From positions 64,871-128,870 of the IMG/VR virus record IMGVR_UViG_2654587976_000001: a stretch of DNA of 64,000 nucleotides, one strand, 5' to 3'. The notes beneath the pieces were generated by a model, which was not told the DNA's origin, did not search any database, and saw only the letters and a program-made list of their open reading frames with translations. Of this stretch, positions 29,930 through 40,736 are shown piece by piece. Made by a program: the position numbers and the translations under genes. How positions within the stretch are numbered: position 1 is the first letter of the stretch; each line of letters begins with the position of its first letter. The DNA comes from a virus. Its lineage: Duplodnaviria > Caudoviricetes.

Positions 29930-31659
29930 TGGCTTATAAGCTCATTGGCAACAATGATTATAATTTCAATCCATTATCGACAATTTTAAAAAACAGAGGG
30001 ATTGAAAATCCGAAGAGCTTTATTGATGTGAACCAGAGCTCAGTCATTCATTTTTCAAAACTCGATAACATTGATAAAGCATCTGATTGTTTAATAAAGC
30101 ATTTAGAGAATAAAAATAAAATATTTGTTCAAGTGGATAGCGATGTAGATGGGTACACATCCAGTTCAATCATTATCAATTATATAAAGAAGATTTGTCC
30201 GAAAGCAAATATACATTACAGAATTCAAGATGGGAAGGAACATGGGATTTTTATTAATACAATTCCTGATGATGTTGACTTAGTCATAATCCCAGACGCA
30301 GGTTCAAGTCAATTTGAGGAACATGAGGCTCTTAATAAGAGAGGCACAGAAATAATTGTTATTGATCACCATGAATGTGAACGAGAGTCTGAACATGCGA
30401 TCGTAGTAAATAATCAACTTTCACCTAATTATTCGAATAAAACTCTAACAGGTGCAGGTATGGCATATAAATTTTGCCAGGCAGTTGATGAAAAGCTAAA
30501 TAAAAATGAAGCCGAACAATTCTTAGACCTTGTATCTATTGGTAACATTGCTGATTCGGCTGATTCAAGAAACCTTGAAACCAGGTATTTTATGAATGAA
30601 GGCTTGAAGAAAATTAAGCATCCATTATTAAAGAAGCTGTTTAAGAAGCAAGATTTTTCAACCAAAGGTGACAAGAACATACAGAATACACAGTTCTTTA
30701 TTAACCCTTTAATTAACGCTGCCATTAGGGTTGGAAGCAGTGAAGAAAAAGATCAAATGATGAGAGCATTCCTTCTTTCTAAAGAAAAGGTTCCCTACAA
30801 AAAACGTGGGCAAAGTGAAACAGAGCTTGTGTCAATACATGATGACACAGTTAGAATTCTAGGAAATCTAAAAGCTAAGCAGAAACGGATTGCAGATGCA
30901 GCTGGAGCGGAAATTAAAAATAGAATAGAGGAAAAAAGTTTAACAGCGAATAAAGTACTCATTGTTTACATTGAAGGAATTCTAGATAAGAGTCTAACTG
31001 GTCTGGTTGCCAATCAGCTTGCAGAAGAATATAAAAAGCCGGTCTTGTTAGCCAGAAACGATCCCGATAAAGGTGAAGATATCTTGAGTGGCTCTATACG
31101 TGGGTATGACAAAGGGTTTATAAAGGATTTTAAGAAAGTGCTTATAGATACTGGATTGTTTGAGTTTGTTGAAGGTCACCCAAATGCAGCTGGTTTTGCA
31201 ATTAAACGACAGAATTTAATTCTGGTGAACAAAGTGCTGAATGAAAAATTTAAAGACATTGATATTGAAGAAGATGTTCAAAATGTTGATTTTGAGATAC
31301 CAGCTAATCAACTTAGAAAGGAATTTTTAATTAAGCTGTATAGCTATAAAGATTATTGGGGCTATAAGGTCGAAGAACCATTAGTAGCAATAACAGAACT
31401 AGAAGTTGATGTTGATCAAATTGAACACATCGGGAAAAAGAACAAGACAACAATCAAGTTTAAACATGGAGATATTGAATACATACGCTTTAAAAGCGAT
31501 ACAGAATACTTTGAGAAACTTACTCAATCAAATGGAACTTTAATACTTAATGTTGTTGGTAAGGCAAGGGTAAATGAATATAAGGGTAGACAAACACCTC
31601 AAATTGAAATTTATGACTTGGAGGTGGTTTGTACAAAGAAAAAAGAGCTTGTGTTTTAA
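29929..31659 (+). CDS. yorK: RecJ-like DHH exonuclease
   Basis: DSDVDG, IDHH and GHPNAAG motifs. Confidence 0.93.
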   Translation: MAYKLIGNNDYNFNPLSTILKNRGIENPKSFIDVNQSSVIHFSKLDNIDKASDCLIKHLENKNKIFVQVDSDVDGYTSSSIIINYIKKICPKANIHYRIQDGKEHGIFINTIPDDVDLVIIPDAGSSQFEEHEALNKRGTEIIVIDHHECERESEHAIVVNNQLSPNYSNKTLTGAGMAYKFCQAVDEKLNKNEAEQFLDLVSIGNIADSADSRNLETRYFMNEGLKKIKHPLLKKLFKKQDFSTKGDKNIQNTQFFINPLINAAIRVGSSEEKDQMMRAFLLSKEKVPYKKRGQSETELVSIHDDTVRILGNLKAKQKRIADAAGAEIKNRIEEKSLTANKVLIVYIEGILDKSLTGLVANQLAEEYKKPVLLARNDPDKGEDILSGSIRGYDKGFIKDFKKVLIDTGLFEFVEGHPNAAGFAIKRQNLILVNKVLNEKFKDIDIEEDVQNVDFEIPANQLRKEFLIKLYSYKDYWGYKVEEPLVAITELEVDVDQIEHIGKKNKTTIKFKHGDIEYIRFKSDTEYFEKLTQSNGTLILNVVGKARVNEYKGRQTPQIEIYDLEVVCTKKKELVF

Positions 31660-31671
31660 GGGGGATGAAAA

Positions 31672-34600
31672 TTGATTGGATGTCACTGCCACACTGATAA
31701 AAGTAACATAAGACTACTCGATTCAACAAACTCAGTTGGAGAATTGCTTAAGACAGCTGTTCAGATGAATTATAAAGGATTGGCTATTACTGACCATGAG
31801 GTTCTTTCAGCGCATTTGGAAGCGATTAAGACTGTCAGAGAAATGAAGAAGAAGGGAGATATGCCTGCAGATTTTAAACTCATATTGGGGAATGAAGCAT
31901 ATTTAGTCGATTCACTGGAAGAAGTCCGCGATAACTATAAGTCAGGACAGACAAAGTTTCCGCACTTTCTAATGTTGGCAATTGACCCTAAAGGACACGA
32001 GCAGCTAAGAATACTATCTTCACAAGCCTGGGAAAATTCATTTTACACAGGAACAATGGAAAGAGTGCCAACAGTTAAAAAGGATGTAGAAGAACTGCTT
32101 AGCAAAGATCCAGGTCATATTATCGCTACAACAGCTTGTCTTGGCTCTGAGGTGAATATCAATTTACTCAGAATCAAAGAATGCGAAGAAAGCGGAGACA
32201 TTCAGTCAATCAAGCAGCACAAATTAAAAATTCATGAGTTTATAACATGGTGTGTAAAAGTCTTTGGGAAAGATAAGTTCTTTATTGAGCTTCAGCCAGC
32301 TTTAAGTGAAGAACAGATTTATTGTAATAAGAAACTTGTTGATATAGCTAACGGCTATGGATTGAAAGTGATTGTCACAACCGATGCACACTTTCTTAGA
32401 CCAGAAGACAGGGCAATTCATCAAGCCTTTTTAAACGCCAAGGATGGAGAGAGAGAAGTCGACTCTTTTTATGAGGCATGTTTTGTTCAGAATGTTGATG
32501 AAATTCATGAGAGAATGGACTACATGGACAAAGAGATAATCAAAGAGGCCATTGAAAACACATTGCTAATTGGAGAGATGATTGAAGACTATACTATTGA
32601 GCACGAACCAATTATTCCAAAAATGGCTTTACCTGAGTTTGAATTATCCCATTTGTTCAAGCCGGCTTATGAGAAATATAAATATATAAAATTAATGGCT
32701 GAATCTGATGAAGAACAGGACAGGTATTTGTTAAAGCTAATTGAAGATGGTTTTAAGGCAAAGCTAATGAAAAAGGATATGTCTAAAAAAGAGTTGCACT
32801 CAATTTTAAAACGGATTGATCTAGAATTGGGTGAGCTATGGGAAATTAGTGAGAAGCTAAAACAGGCCATGTCATCTTATTATGTTACCGTCCGGGAAAT
32901 CATCAATACAATTTGGGATGATGAATGTGGAGGAGACAGCTTAGTTGGAGCAGCAAGGGGGAGCGCAGCAGGTTTTTTAGTAAATTACTTGTTAGACATT
33001 ACGCAAATTAACCCAATGCAGTACAACCTTCCTCATTGGCGTCACATACATAAATCGAGACCAGATTTGCCGGATATCGATATTGATACTGAAGGATCTA
33101 AGCGTCCAAGAATCTTAAAAGCATTAAGGGACAAGTTTGGAGAAAAAAGAGTACTGCAGATTTGCACTTTTGGAACTGAGAAATCTAAATCCGCACTTCA
33201 AACTGCTTGCAGAGGCTTAGGAATTGATAATGATGTCTCTCAATATTTAAGTGGAATGATTCCATTTGAAAGGGGAGCAAACTGGACTCTCTCCGATTGC
33301 TTCTTTGGCAATGAAAAATTAGGTAGAAAGCCTATTAAGGAATTTATTAGAGAGGTCGAGGGATATCCCAATCTGAAAGAAACCTGTCTGAAAATTGAAG
33401 GTTTAACTAACAAACGATCTTCTCATGCAGCCGGCGTCCTAATATTCAATGATGAATACACCAAATCAAACGCAATGATGAGAACACCAAAAGGAGCATA
33501 TATCACACAGTTCAATATGGGCGACAGTGAAGCAATGGGTTCAGTTAAGTATGATCTATTGACTATTGAGGGATTAGATAAAATTCGAGTAGCCTTAGAC
33601 CAGCTTATCGAAGACAATCAAATAGAGTCACAAGGAACTTTAAAAAGAACTTATACTAAGTATTTACATCCAGATACTTTGGAGTATAACTCTAAGAGAA
33701 TATGGGAAATGGCGGGCGAAGGAGAAATAATGGATTTGTTTCAGTTTGATACAGAAGTGGGCAACCAATCCGTTGTTAAAGTTAAGCCGAAAAACTTATT
33801 GGAAACAGCCGTAACAAATTCTTTAATGAGACTGATGTCAGAAGGGGAAGAACAGCCTGTAGATACATATGTAAGATTTAAAAAAGACATCGACCACTGG
33901 TATCAAGAAATGAGAAATTACAATTTAAGTTCAGAAGAAATGGATGTACTTAAAAAACATCTATATAAACCAGAAGAAGGTCTATACGGGATCGCAGATA
34001 CACAGGAATCAGTTATGATGCTATCCATGGACAAAGAAATTGCTGGGTTTACCATTGAAGAATCTAATAAGCTAAGAAAAGGGATAGCCAAAAAAATCAA
34101 AAAAATGATTGATGCAATAAAGACAATGTTTTTTGAGAAAGGGCGAAGCTTGGGAACATCTGAAAACCTTTTAAAATATGTCTGGGAAGTACAATTTAAA
34201 AGACAATTCGGATACTCGTTCAGCAGCCTGCATACTCTTGCATATTCTATTATTGCTCTTCAAGAATTGAACCTTAACTATAAGTACAACCCATTGTATT
34301 GGAGCACAGCTTGTTTAACGGTCAACAGTGGTGGAATTGAGAGCGAAGAAGATCAGGCCACCAAAAAATCAGCCGCCACAAACTATGGGAAAGTGGCTGC
34401 AGCTATAGGGAATATCAGAAAAAGAGGAATTAAAGTTGATTTACCTGATATCAATAGCGCAAATTTTGGTTTTAAAGCAGATACGGAAAGTAACTCTATT
34501 ATATTTGGATTAAAAGGAATGAATGGAATTGGTGACGATGTTGTTCATCAAATAATTGTAAATAGACCATATAGTGACTTTGACGACTTCATCGAAAGAA

Positions 34601-35601
34601 TGTTCAAAAGTAGCATCCTTAAAAAAGGACAGATGATCCAACTAATAAAAGGTGGTTGTTTTGATTCTTTTGGTGATAGACAAAAAATAATGAAATCCTT
34701 TATTAGTTTGATATCTGAGCCTAAAACCAAACTGACTTTATCGAATTTAAAAATGCTAATCGAAAACAATATTGTTCCCCAGGAATATGCTTTAGAAATT
34801 AGATTCTTCCGTTTCAAAGAATACATCAGCAAAAAGGTTTACAAGACAATGAAATCTCCAAAAGACAGGCTTTTCTTATTAGATGATATGTCTTCCAACT
34901 TTTACGATCAGCATTTCAGTGAAAGCGGAATCGTTGATGTGATTAATGGACAACTTGTTATATCAGAAAGATTGTTTAAAAAAGAATATGACAGTAAAAT
35001 GTCCAAAATCAAAGACTGGATATCGACTGAAGAAGCCTTAAGTGGACTTAACAATTGCTTACTTAAGAAAGAGTGGTCTAAGTATGCCGATGGATCTCTT
35101 GGTAAATGGGAGATGGATTCATTGAGTTATTACTATAACGATCATGAACTTTCTGGTGTTAACTTTGCTAAGTATGATATTGCTGATTTTTATGAGCTGC
35201 CAGAAGAGCCAGTCAAAGGGAAACCATATCAATGGCGAGGAAAAACTCTGTATGAATATGAAACGACTCGAATTATAGGAACCGTATTAGACAGAGATAA
35301 AAACAAGCACACAATCACACTCCTTACACCTACAGGGGTGGTTACAGTTAAACAGTGGGCTGGCAGCTTTGGGCATTATAATAAACAGATTTCTCGACCT
35401 GTCGCTGGCGGCAAAAAAGAGGTTGTTGAGAAGTCTTGGTATACCAGAGGAACTTTGCTCATGTTCACTGGATTCAGAAGAGGCAATAACTTTATTCCTA
35501 AAGTATATAAGAACAGCATCTATAGCCACACGGTCTGTAGAATTGATCATGTTGATAGTGAAGGCAATATTAGCTTAACAACCAAAAGAGCTGAGGTATA
35601 G
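31672..35601 (+). CDS. yorL: DNA polymerase III alpha (DnaE type)
   Basis: PHP domain HCHT/TDH, RGSAAG, PDIDID; no intein seen. Confidence 0.95.
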   Translation: MIGCHCHTDKSNIRLLDSTNSVGELLKTAVQMNYKGLAITDHEVLSAHLEAIKTVREMKKKGDMPADFKLILGNEAYLVDSLEEVRDNYKSGQTKFPHFLMLAIDPKGHEQLRILSSQAWENSFYTGTMERVPTVKKDVEELLSKDPGHIIATTACLGSEVNINLLRIKECEESGDIQSIKQHKLKIHEFITWCVKVFGKDKFFIELQPALSEEQIYCNKKLVDIANGYGLKVIVTTDAHFLRPEDRAIHQAFLNAKDGEREVDSFYEACFVQNVDEIHERMDYMDKEIIKEAIENTLLIGEMIEDYTIEHEPIIPKMALPEFELSHLFKPAYEKYKYIKLMAESDEEQDRYLLKLIEDGFKAKLMKKDMSKKELHSILKRIDLELGELWEISEKLKQAMSSYYVTVREIINTIWDDECGGDSLVGAARGSAAGFLVNYLLDITQINPMQYNLPHWRHIHKSRPDLPDIDIDTEGSKRPRILKALRDKFGEKRVLQICTFGTEKSKSALQTACRGLGIDNDVSQYLSGMIPFERGANWTLSDCFFGNEKLGRKPIKEFIREVEGYPNLKETCLKIEGLTNKRSSHAAGVLIFNDEYTKSNAMMRTPKGAYITQFNMGDSEAMGSVKYDLLTIEGLDKIRVALDQLIEDNQIESQGTLKRTYTKYLHPDTLEYNSKRIWEMAGEGEIMDLFQFDTEVGNQSVVKVKPKNLLETAVTNSLMRLMSEGEEQPVDTYVRFKKDIDHWYQEMRNYNLSSEEMDVLKKHLYKPEEGLYGIADTQESVMMLSMDKEIAGFTIEESNKLRKGIAKKIKKMIDAIKTMFFEKGRSLGTSENLLKYVWEVQFKRQFGYSFSSLHTLAYSIIALQELNLNYKYNPLYWSTACLTVNSGGIESEEDQATKKSAATNYGKVAAAIGNIRKRGIKVDLPDINSANFGFKADTESNSIIFGLKGMNGIGDDVVHQIIVNRPYSDFDDFIERMFKSSILKKGQMIQLIKGGCFDSFGDRQKIMKSFISLISEPKTKLTLSNLKMLIENNIVPQEYALEIRFFRFKEYISKKVYKTMKSPKDRLFLLDDMSSNFYDQHFSESGIVDVINGQLVISERLFKKEYDSKMSKIKDWISTEEALSGLNNCLLKKEWSKYADGSLGKWEMDSLSYYYNDHELSGVNFAKYDIADFYELPEEPVKGKPYQWRGKTLYEYETTRIIGTVLDRDKNKHTITLLTPTGVVTVKQWAGSFGHYNKQISRPVAGGKKEVVEKSWYTRGTLLMFTGFRRGNNFIPKVYKNSIYSHTVCRIDHVDSEGNISLTTKRAEV

Positions 35602-35622
35602 GAGGCAGGAGCATAAAATTTT

Positions 35623-36330
35623 ATGAATAAAAATAAAATAAAAACACACATTTTCAAGTCCGTTTATGGTATGATGATTTTAATTCCCTTAACCACTTTT
35701 TCTTACATAAGTTATGAGCAACATTTACATAAAACAGAGGGGAATGAAGACTCAATAAAAGAATCATTTTATAAGAAGCCTAGACAGATTAGGATACCAT
35801 CAAGTGAGAATATTGTCTTACGGCTATTTAAAAAAGCTCAAACGAACAAAGAACAACAATTAAAAAGGCATACAGAGAAGATTATCTCAGCAAAACTCAT
35901 TAAACCTAAGCAAAGTAAGAAAAGGCACAGGAAGGGAGGTGAGACGGTAAAGCATAAACTTTTTAAGAGTAAAAATAAAATAAACACACACGAAAAAGAA
36001 AACAAGCCACCGGCCGCAAAGAAAACCATCCAGGTTAAGCTGAGTGCTTATATTGCCCACTGCCAAGAAGGATGCACAGGAACAACTAGAACAGGTGTTG
36101 ATGTCACTCAATCAATCTATTACAAAGGGTATCGTGTTATTGCAACCGACCCAAGTGTTATTCCCTTGAATTCAATAGTTGAAGTAAGCATTGGTGGGAA
36201 AACGTTCAAAGCAATTGCAATTGATACTGGAGGCGCAATCGTTGGAAATAAAGTGGACTTGCTTGTTGAAACCGAGAGTGACGCAATTAATTTTGGCAAG
36301 CAAAAGGGGACAATCTCAATTATTAGTTAG
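35623..36330 (+). CDS. yorM: 3D-domain cell-wall protein
   Basis: N-terminal TM; IATDPSVIPL...AIDTGGAIVGNKVD. Confidence 0.85.
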   Translation: MNKNKIKTHIFKSVYGMMILIPLTTFSYISYEQHLHKTEGNEDSIKESFYKKPRQIRIPSSENIVLRLFKKAQTNKEQQLKRHTEKIISAKLIKPKQSKKRHRKGGETVKHKLFKSKNKINTHEKENKPPAAKKTIQVKLSAYIAHCQEGCTGTTRTGVDVTQSIYYKGYRVIATDPSVIPLNSIVEVSIGGKTFKAIAIDTGGAIVGNKVDLLVETESDAINFGKQKGTISIIS

Positions 36331-36341
36331 GAGGCGATAAA

Positions 36342-36545
36342 TTGCCGAAGTTTTGGTCTTATCCAGAAGGGTTAAAAGTCATCATAAATGAGAACGCAAA
36401 GAACGCTTGTCCTCATCATGTTGGACGAAAAGGGAAAATTATTGAGCTGTTGCACTCTGCCACATATGACTACGCAGTCAGTGATGAAACAGGTGATATT
36501 ACATTCTTCAAGGAGCATGAATTAAATCCAGTTAAAGGAGGTTAA
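36342..36545 (+). CDS. yorP: YorP-family protein
   Basis: MPKFWSYPEGLKV... recalled similarity. Confidence 0.8.
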   Translation: MPKFWSYPEGLKVIINENAKNACPHHVGRKGKIIELLHSATYDYAVSDETGDITFFKEHELNPVKGG

Positions 36546-36704
36546 TTGTATGTTTAAAAAGGGAGAGAAGGTGATTGCAAGTTTCACAGGAGAGATTGGT
36601 GTTGTTGCACAAGTTGATAAAGGACATGAGCAGTTAGAAGTTGAGTATCCAGACGGCTCATATAGAGTGCTTGGCTTCAGCAATGTAAGAAGGGTGGAAG
36701 ATAA

Positions 36705-37202
36705 ATGACGATGATAATTTTAGAAGGCACTGACTGCTGCTACAAATCAACAGTAGCAGAAAAGCTAAGCAAAGAACTCGGATACCCGGTAATAAAAGGA
36801 TCCAGCTTTGAATTAGCTAAAAACGGCAATGAGAAGCTGTTTGAACACTTCAACAAGCTGGCCGATGAGGACAATGTAATTATTGACCGATACATATATT
36901 CAAATTTGGTGTATGCGAGAAAATTCAAAGATTACTCTATCTTAACGGAAGAGCAGCAAAGAGCGATTGAGAAGAAGATTAGAGGTAAAGCCAAGGTGAT
37001 CTACTTATATGCTGACCCGAAAGTTATTAAGCTGCGTTTACTTGAACGTGGTGACGAATACATAAATGATCGAGATATTGAGCCGGTCTTAGGGTTATAC
37101 AGTGAAATAATGAGCGATGTAGGTTTACATACATATTCATGGGATACACGACAGTGGAACAGTGATGAGATTGTTGAGGGTTTGGTTCATTTATTTAGGT
37201 AA
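36705..37202 (+). CDS. yorR: Nucleotide kinase (thymidylate-kinase-like)
   Basis: ILEGTDCCYKST P-loop; IIDR. Confidence 0.85.
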   Translation: MTMIILEGTDCCYKSTVAEKLSKELGYPVIKGSSFELAKNGNEKLFEHFNKLADEDNVIIDRYIYSNLVYARKFKDYSILTEEQQRAIEKKIRGKAKVIYLYADPKVIKLRLLERGDEYINDRDIEPVLGLYSEIMSDVGLHTYSWDTRQWNSDEIVEGLVHLFR

Positions 37203-37235
37203 AAACCGCTTTAAATTAAATCATAGGATAGGAGA

Positions 37236-38003
37236 ATGCCAATGACGAAAGAGATTTTAGGAAGTTTAGAATTGAATCGTATTTATCAAATGGATTGTCT
37301 GGAAGGAATGAAATTGATTCCGGATAATAGCATTGATATGATTTTATGCGATTTACCTTATGGACAAACATCAAATTCATGGGATTCAGTTCTACCATTA
37401 GATAAATTATGGAAGCAATACAATAGAATAATCAAAGACAATGGAGCAATTGTATTGACAGCAAAAGGAAAATTTAAAATAAATTTAATTAACAGTAACT
37501 TTAAAAATTATAGATATGAATGGGTTTGGGATAAAAACAAAGGAGCAAATTTCCCTCATGTCAAAAGAATGCCATTAAATGTTCATGAGTATGTGGTTGT
37601 TTTTTATAATCAACAACCTGTTTACAATCCACAAATGACAGAGGGAAAACCGTACAAACAAATTAGAAAAGAGGAATCTCTAAAAGGGATAGCAGACAAC
37701 ATAAATAGAAAAACAACAATTTCAAATGGAAAAAGGTATCCAAAGTCAATAATTAGAGTAGAAGGTATTGCACAACGTAACATTTGTCACCCTACACAAA
37801 AGCCTGTTGAACTCTTTGAATATCTCATTAAAACTTATTCAAACGAAGGAGATATAGTGTTAGACAATTGTATGGGTTCGGGAACAACAGCAGTGGCGTG
37901 TGAAAAATTAAATAGGAAGTGGATTGGTTTTGAAATTGTTAAGGAATATATAGCGATAGCAAATAAGAGGTTGGATTACTTTCATAGTATTAGCGAGTCC
38001 TGA
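37236..38003 (+). CDS. DNA amino-methyltransferase (N4/N6, beta class) 1
   Basis: DLPY precedes HPTQKP and DNCMGSGTT. Confidence 0.92.
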   Translation: MPMTKEILGSLELNRIYQMDCLEGMKLIPDNSIDMILCDLPYGQTSNSWDSVLPLDKLWKQYNRIIKDNGAIVLTAKGKFKINLINSNFKNYRYEWVWDKNKGANFPHVKRMPLNVHEYVVVFYNQQPVYNPQMTEGKPYKQIRKEESLKGIADNINRKTTISNGKRYPKSIIRVEGIAQRNICHPTQKPVELFEYLIKTYSNEGDIVLDNCMGSGTTAVACEKLNRKWIGFEIVKEYIAIANKRLDYFHSISES

Positions 38004-38041
38004 TAAATGCTCAATTTTAAAGAGAAAAAGGAGTTGGATTA

Positions 38042-38827
38042 TTGGAGTTGAACAAGCTTTTCAATGAAAATTGCTTAAGTAATGAACACAATAAAGGAAT
38101 GAATCGTGTTCCAGATAAATCAATTGATTTGATTATATGCGATCTACCATATGGTGTAACAAATCGAAATAAGTGGGATGAAATTTTGCCTTTGGAAGAG
38201 CTATGGAAACAATACAAAAGGGTTATTAAAGACAATGGCGCAATTGTTTTAACAGCTGTAAAACCTTTTTCTTCATTGCTTATTGCGAGCAACCCTAAGA
38301 TGTACAGATACGATATCATTTGGGAGAAAAATAAAAGCACTGGTTTTTTGAATGCTAAAAAAATGCCATTGAGATCACATGAGGAAATCTTAGTTTTCTA
38401 TAAAAAATTACCGACTTATAATCCACAGAAAACAACTGGGCATAAGCGCGCAAATACATATACAAAGCACACGAGTGATGGAACAAACTACGGAGAAACA
38501 AAATCAGGAATATCAGGTGGCGGACAAACTGACAGATACCCAACAAGTGTTTGGAGAATACCTGTAATGAATAACGATGATCCCAGAAAGTTTCACCCAA
38601 CTCAAAAACCCGTAGAGCTTTACGAAAAAATTATTAAAACATATTCAAATGAAGGCGACACGGTTTTAGATAATTGTAGTGGAGCTGGAACTGCAGCGAT
38701 TGCCTGTATAAACACAAATAGGAATTACATTTGTTTTGAATGGAATAAAGACAATCCTGATCAATATTATGGACGTTCATTAGAATGGATTAAGGAGCAT
38801 GAGCAGCAAGTATTCCAAACTGTATAA
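38042..38827 (+). CDS. DNA amino-methyltransferase (N4/N6, beta class) 2
   Basis: DLPY, HPTQKP, DNCSGAGT. Confidence 0.92.
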   Translation: MELNKLFNENCLSNEHNKGMNRVPDKSIDLIICDLPYGVTNRNKWDEILPLEELWKQYKRVIKDNGAIVLTAVKPFSSLLIASNPKMYRYDIIWEKNKSTGFLNAKKMPLRSHEEILVFYKKLPTYNPQKTTGHKRANTYTKHTSDGTNYGETKSGISGGGQTDRYPTSVWRIPVMNNDDPRKFHPTQKPVELYEKIIKTYSNEGDTVLDNCSGAGTAAIACINTNRNYICFEWNKDNPDQYYGRSLEWIKEHEQQVFQTV

Positions 38828-38877
38828 AATTTGTCTTTTAAAGAGTAAAAATAAAATACAAGAGGTGAGTCGATCCT

Positions 38878-39096
38878 ATGGTTAACTATCCAGAAAGTTT
38901 AAAAGAGGAAGCCGAAAAAATTAAAGATGAAGTAAGAAGCGGTAAATTAGACGAGGGGAAAATAAAAGCCATTGCTAAGTCTGCGGTTGAGTTTTTAAGA
39001 TCTCAAGAAAAGAGTCATGCTCATTGTGCAGAAGTTGCTGGAGCGATTGCCGCAAACCTAGATGAGTTCTTCAAGTCTTATCTAAAAAAGGATTAA
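38878..39096 (+). CDS. Hypothetical protein (YorV-like)
   Basis: 72-aa ORF with RBS. Confidence 0.7.
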   Translation: MVNYPESLKEEAEKIKDEVRSGKLDEGKIKAIAKSAVEFLRSQEKSHAHCAEVAGAIAANLDEFFKSYLKKD

Positions 39097-39133
39097 TACA
39101 ACAGGATAACAAGAAAGGATAAAGGGATGTTTA

Positions 39134-39361
39134 TTGAAAAGGTACTATGTTAGATGTAAAGATCATAAAGACGAAAATACGTCTTTGATAATTGAGGCAC
39201 TATCACCTGAACAGGCAAAACGAAAGGCATTAGACATACATAAAGTAAAGATCGTTTATAACGTGAGCATTGGTGAAGGAACGTCAAGGAATTATCTTGA
39301 ACGAAAATATTCTCCATACATAAAAAATAACAACAGCAAGGCAGTAATTATCTTTTCATAA
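39134..39361 (+). CDS. Hypothetical protein
   Basis: 75-aa ORF. Confidence 0.65.
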   Translation: MKRYYVRCKDHKDENTSLIIEALSPEQAKRKALDIHKVKIVYNVSIGEGTSRNYLERKYSPYIKNNNSKAVIIFS

Positions 39362-39375
39362 GGGAGGACGGATCC

Positions 39376-39573
39376 GTGTACATATCTGATCCAATAAAAG
39401 AAACGCTTGTGCAAAATATGGATCAACTTAGCATCAGAGTTGATGAGTTGTTCATTTACCTTGAAAATGAGTTGCCTTCAACATCTGAAAGACAATGGAA
39501 AACTATAGACAAAAAATTCGGTGAGATATTTACTAAATCTAAGGAATTACAAAATTACATAAGTTGTTTATAA
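39376..39573 (+). CDS. Hypothetical protein
   Basis: 65-aa ORF with GGGAGG RBS. Confidence 0.65.
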   Translation: MYISDPIKETLVQNMDQLSIRVDELFIYLENELPSTSERQWKTIDKKFGEIFTKSKELQNYISCL

Positions 39574-39760
39574 AGGTGAGCAATATCCCTTTGTTATAAG
39601 GACATGTGTGTTACTTAATATTCAAAATCATCAGTATTTCTTAACAATTATTTATATGATTGGTAGCATTTATTAAAGAAAGAAGGTGATTTATGAGATT
39701 GTCTGTTTGATAAGTTTTGATGCCAGATGAGGATTATATTTTTACAAAGGGGATATTTTA

Positions 39761-40519
39761 ATGAACAATTTTTATCGAACGATCTTAGCACTAGTTGTCG
39801 TGTTTGTCCTGGCCTTTTCAACATTTCCTCCGAACAGTGATGCAAAGAGCACAATCTCAACAGATAATGTCGACAAGGGTAAAGTAAAATCAGAGGCAGA
39901 ATTTATTGCAGATCACACTATTGATGTGAGTAAAAAGACTAAGGAAAAACTTCTATCCAAGGCAGAAAAAGCAATTGAAGATGGAGACATTAAGTATCAT
40001 AAATCAAACGAAAAGGTATTTGATAATGCATCAGTTAGAGGTATCAAGTATGATGATGGAACAGTAACTTATTCGGTTTCTTATTTATACGTGGACAATG
40101 AAAAAGTAGACAGAGTTAGCTCATTCAATGTTTCGTTTGATAGCGATATGAATATTGAAGAGTACTATGAAGTTGACATGAAGAAAATCAGCAGTACTCA
40201 AAACGAAATGAATTATTGGGTTAATGGTGTTAAGGATGAGGACAAGTCAGGGGTCTTTGAAACAAAACAAACTTCAGAGGACAAAGTAAGTTCATCTAAC
40301 ATGATGAGTGCTCAGAAGAGTTGGACTGGATGCGTATCAGATTGCTTAGGTGATAAGAATATTAGCCAATGGGCAATTACCGGTTTAGCTATTTTATGTG
40401 GAGTTTCATGCACAGCTGGTGTTCCAGCAACAGCGGGGACTGCTTGCTATGCTTGTGTAAATTCTGCTGGTATTATTGGTGTAAATGCATTCTTTGATTG
40501 TATGGAGAAGTGTAAATGA
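39761..40519 (+). CDS. Secreted protein with 8-Cys hydrophobic C-terminus (halocin-C8-like toxin precursor candidate)
   Basis: Sec signal ending SDA|K; C-terminal CxxxC..CxxxC..CxxC..CxxxC. Confidence 0.65.
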   Translation: MNNFYRTILALVVVFVLAFSTFPPNSDAKSTISTDNVDKGKVKSEAEFIADHTIDVSKKTKEKLLSKAEKAIEDGDIKYHKSNEKVFDNASVRGIKYDDGTVTYSVSYLYVDNEKVDRVSSFNVSFDSDMNIEEYYEVDMKKISSTQNEMNYWVNGVKDEDKSGVFETKQTSEDKVSSSNMMSAQKSWTGCVSDCLGDKNISQWAITGLAILCGVSCTAGVPATAGTACYACVNSAGIIGVNAFFDCMEKCK

Positions 40520-40680
40520 TAAATATCTTAAGTAAAATACTATTTATTTTGTCTGGTTGCGCATTGTTGATCTTTGGGATAATTTTAAAGGATGGATCAA
40601 TGGCTTTTGGGTTGTTTGCCTTATTCTTCATAGCAGCAATAATCGTTCGTGTATTTCATAAACGAACTCAAAACCATTAG
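40516..40680 (+). CDS. 54-aa 2-TM protein, putative immunity (not in ORF track)
   Basis: ATGA overlap with the upstream stop; MINILSKILFILSGCALLIFGIIL... Confidence 0.65.
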   Translation: MINILSKILFILSGCALLIFGIILKDGSMAFGLFALFFIAAIIVRVFHKRTQNH

Positions 40681-40698
40681 CAGCAGCCTTATTGTACT

Positions 40699-40725
40699 GT
40701 AGGGGAGGAAACTCTCCTACTTTTT
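40699..40725 (+). terminator. Intrinsic terminator
   Basis: GTAGGGGAG-GAAA-CTCTCCTAC-TTTTT. Confidence 0.85.
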
Positions 40726-40736
40726 AAAAAATATTT

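Noticed and set aside
27645-35578. Short antisense or alternative-frame ORFs inside replication genes
   Set aside because: Shadow ORFs over well-supported genes, without RBS or motifs
37236-38827. Complete restriction-modification system
   Set aside because: No adjacent endonuclease; neighbours are small phage genes
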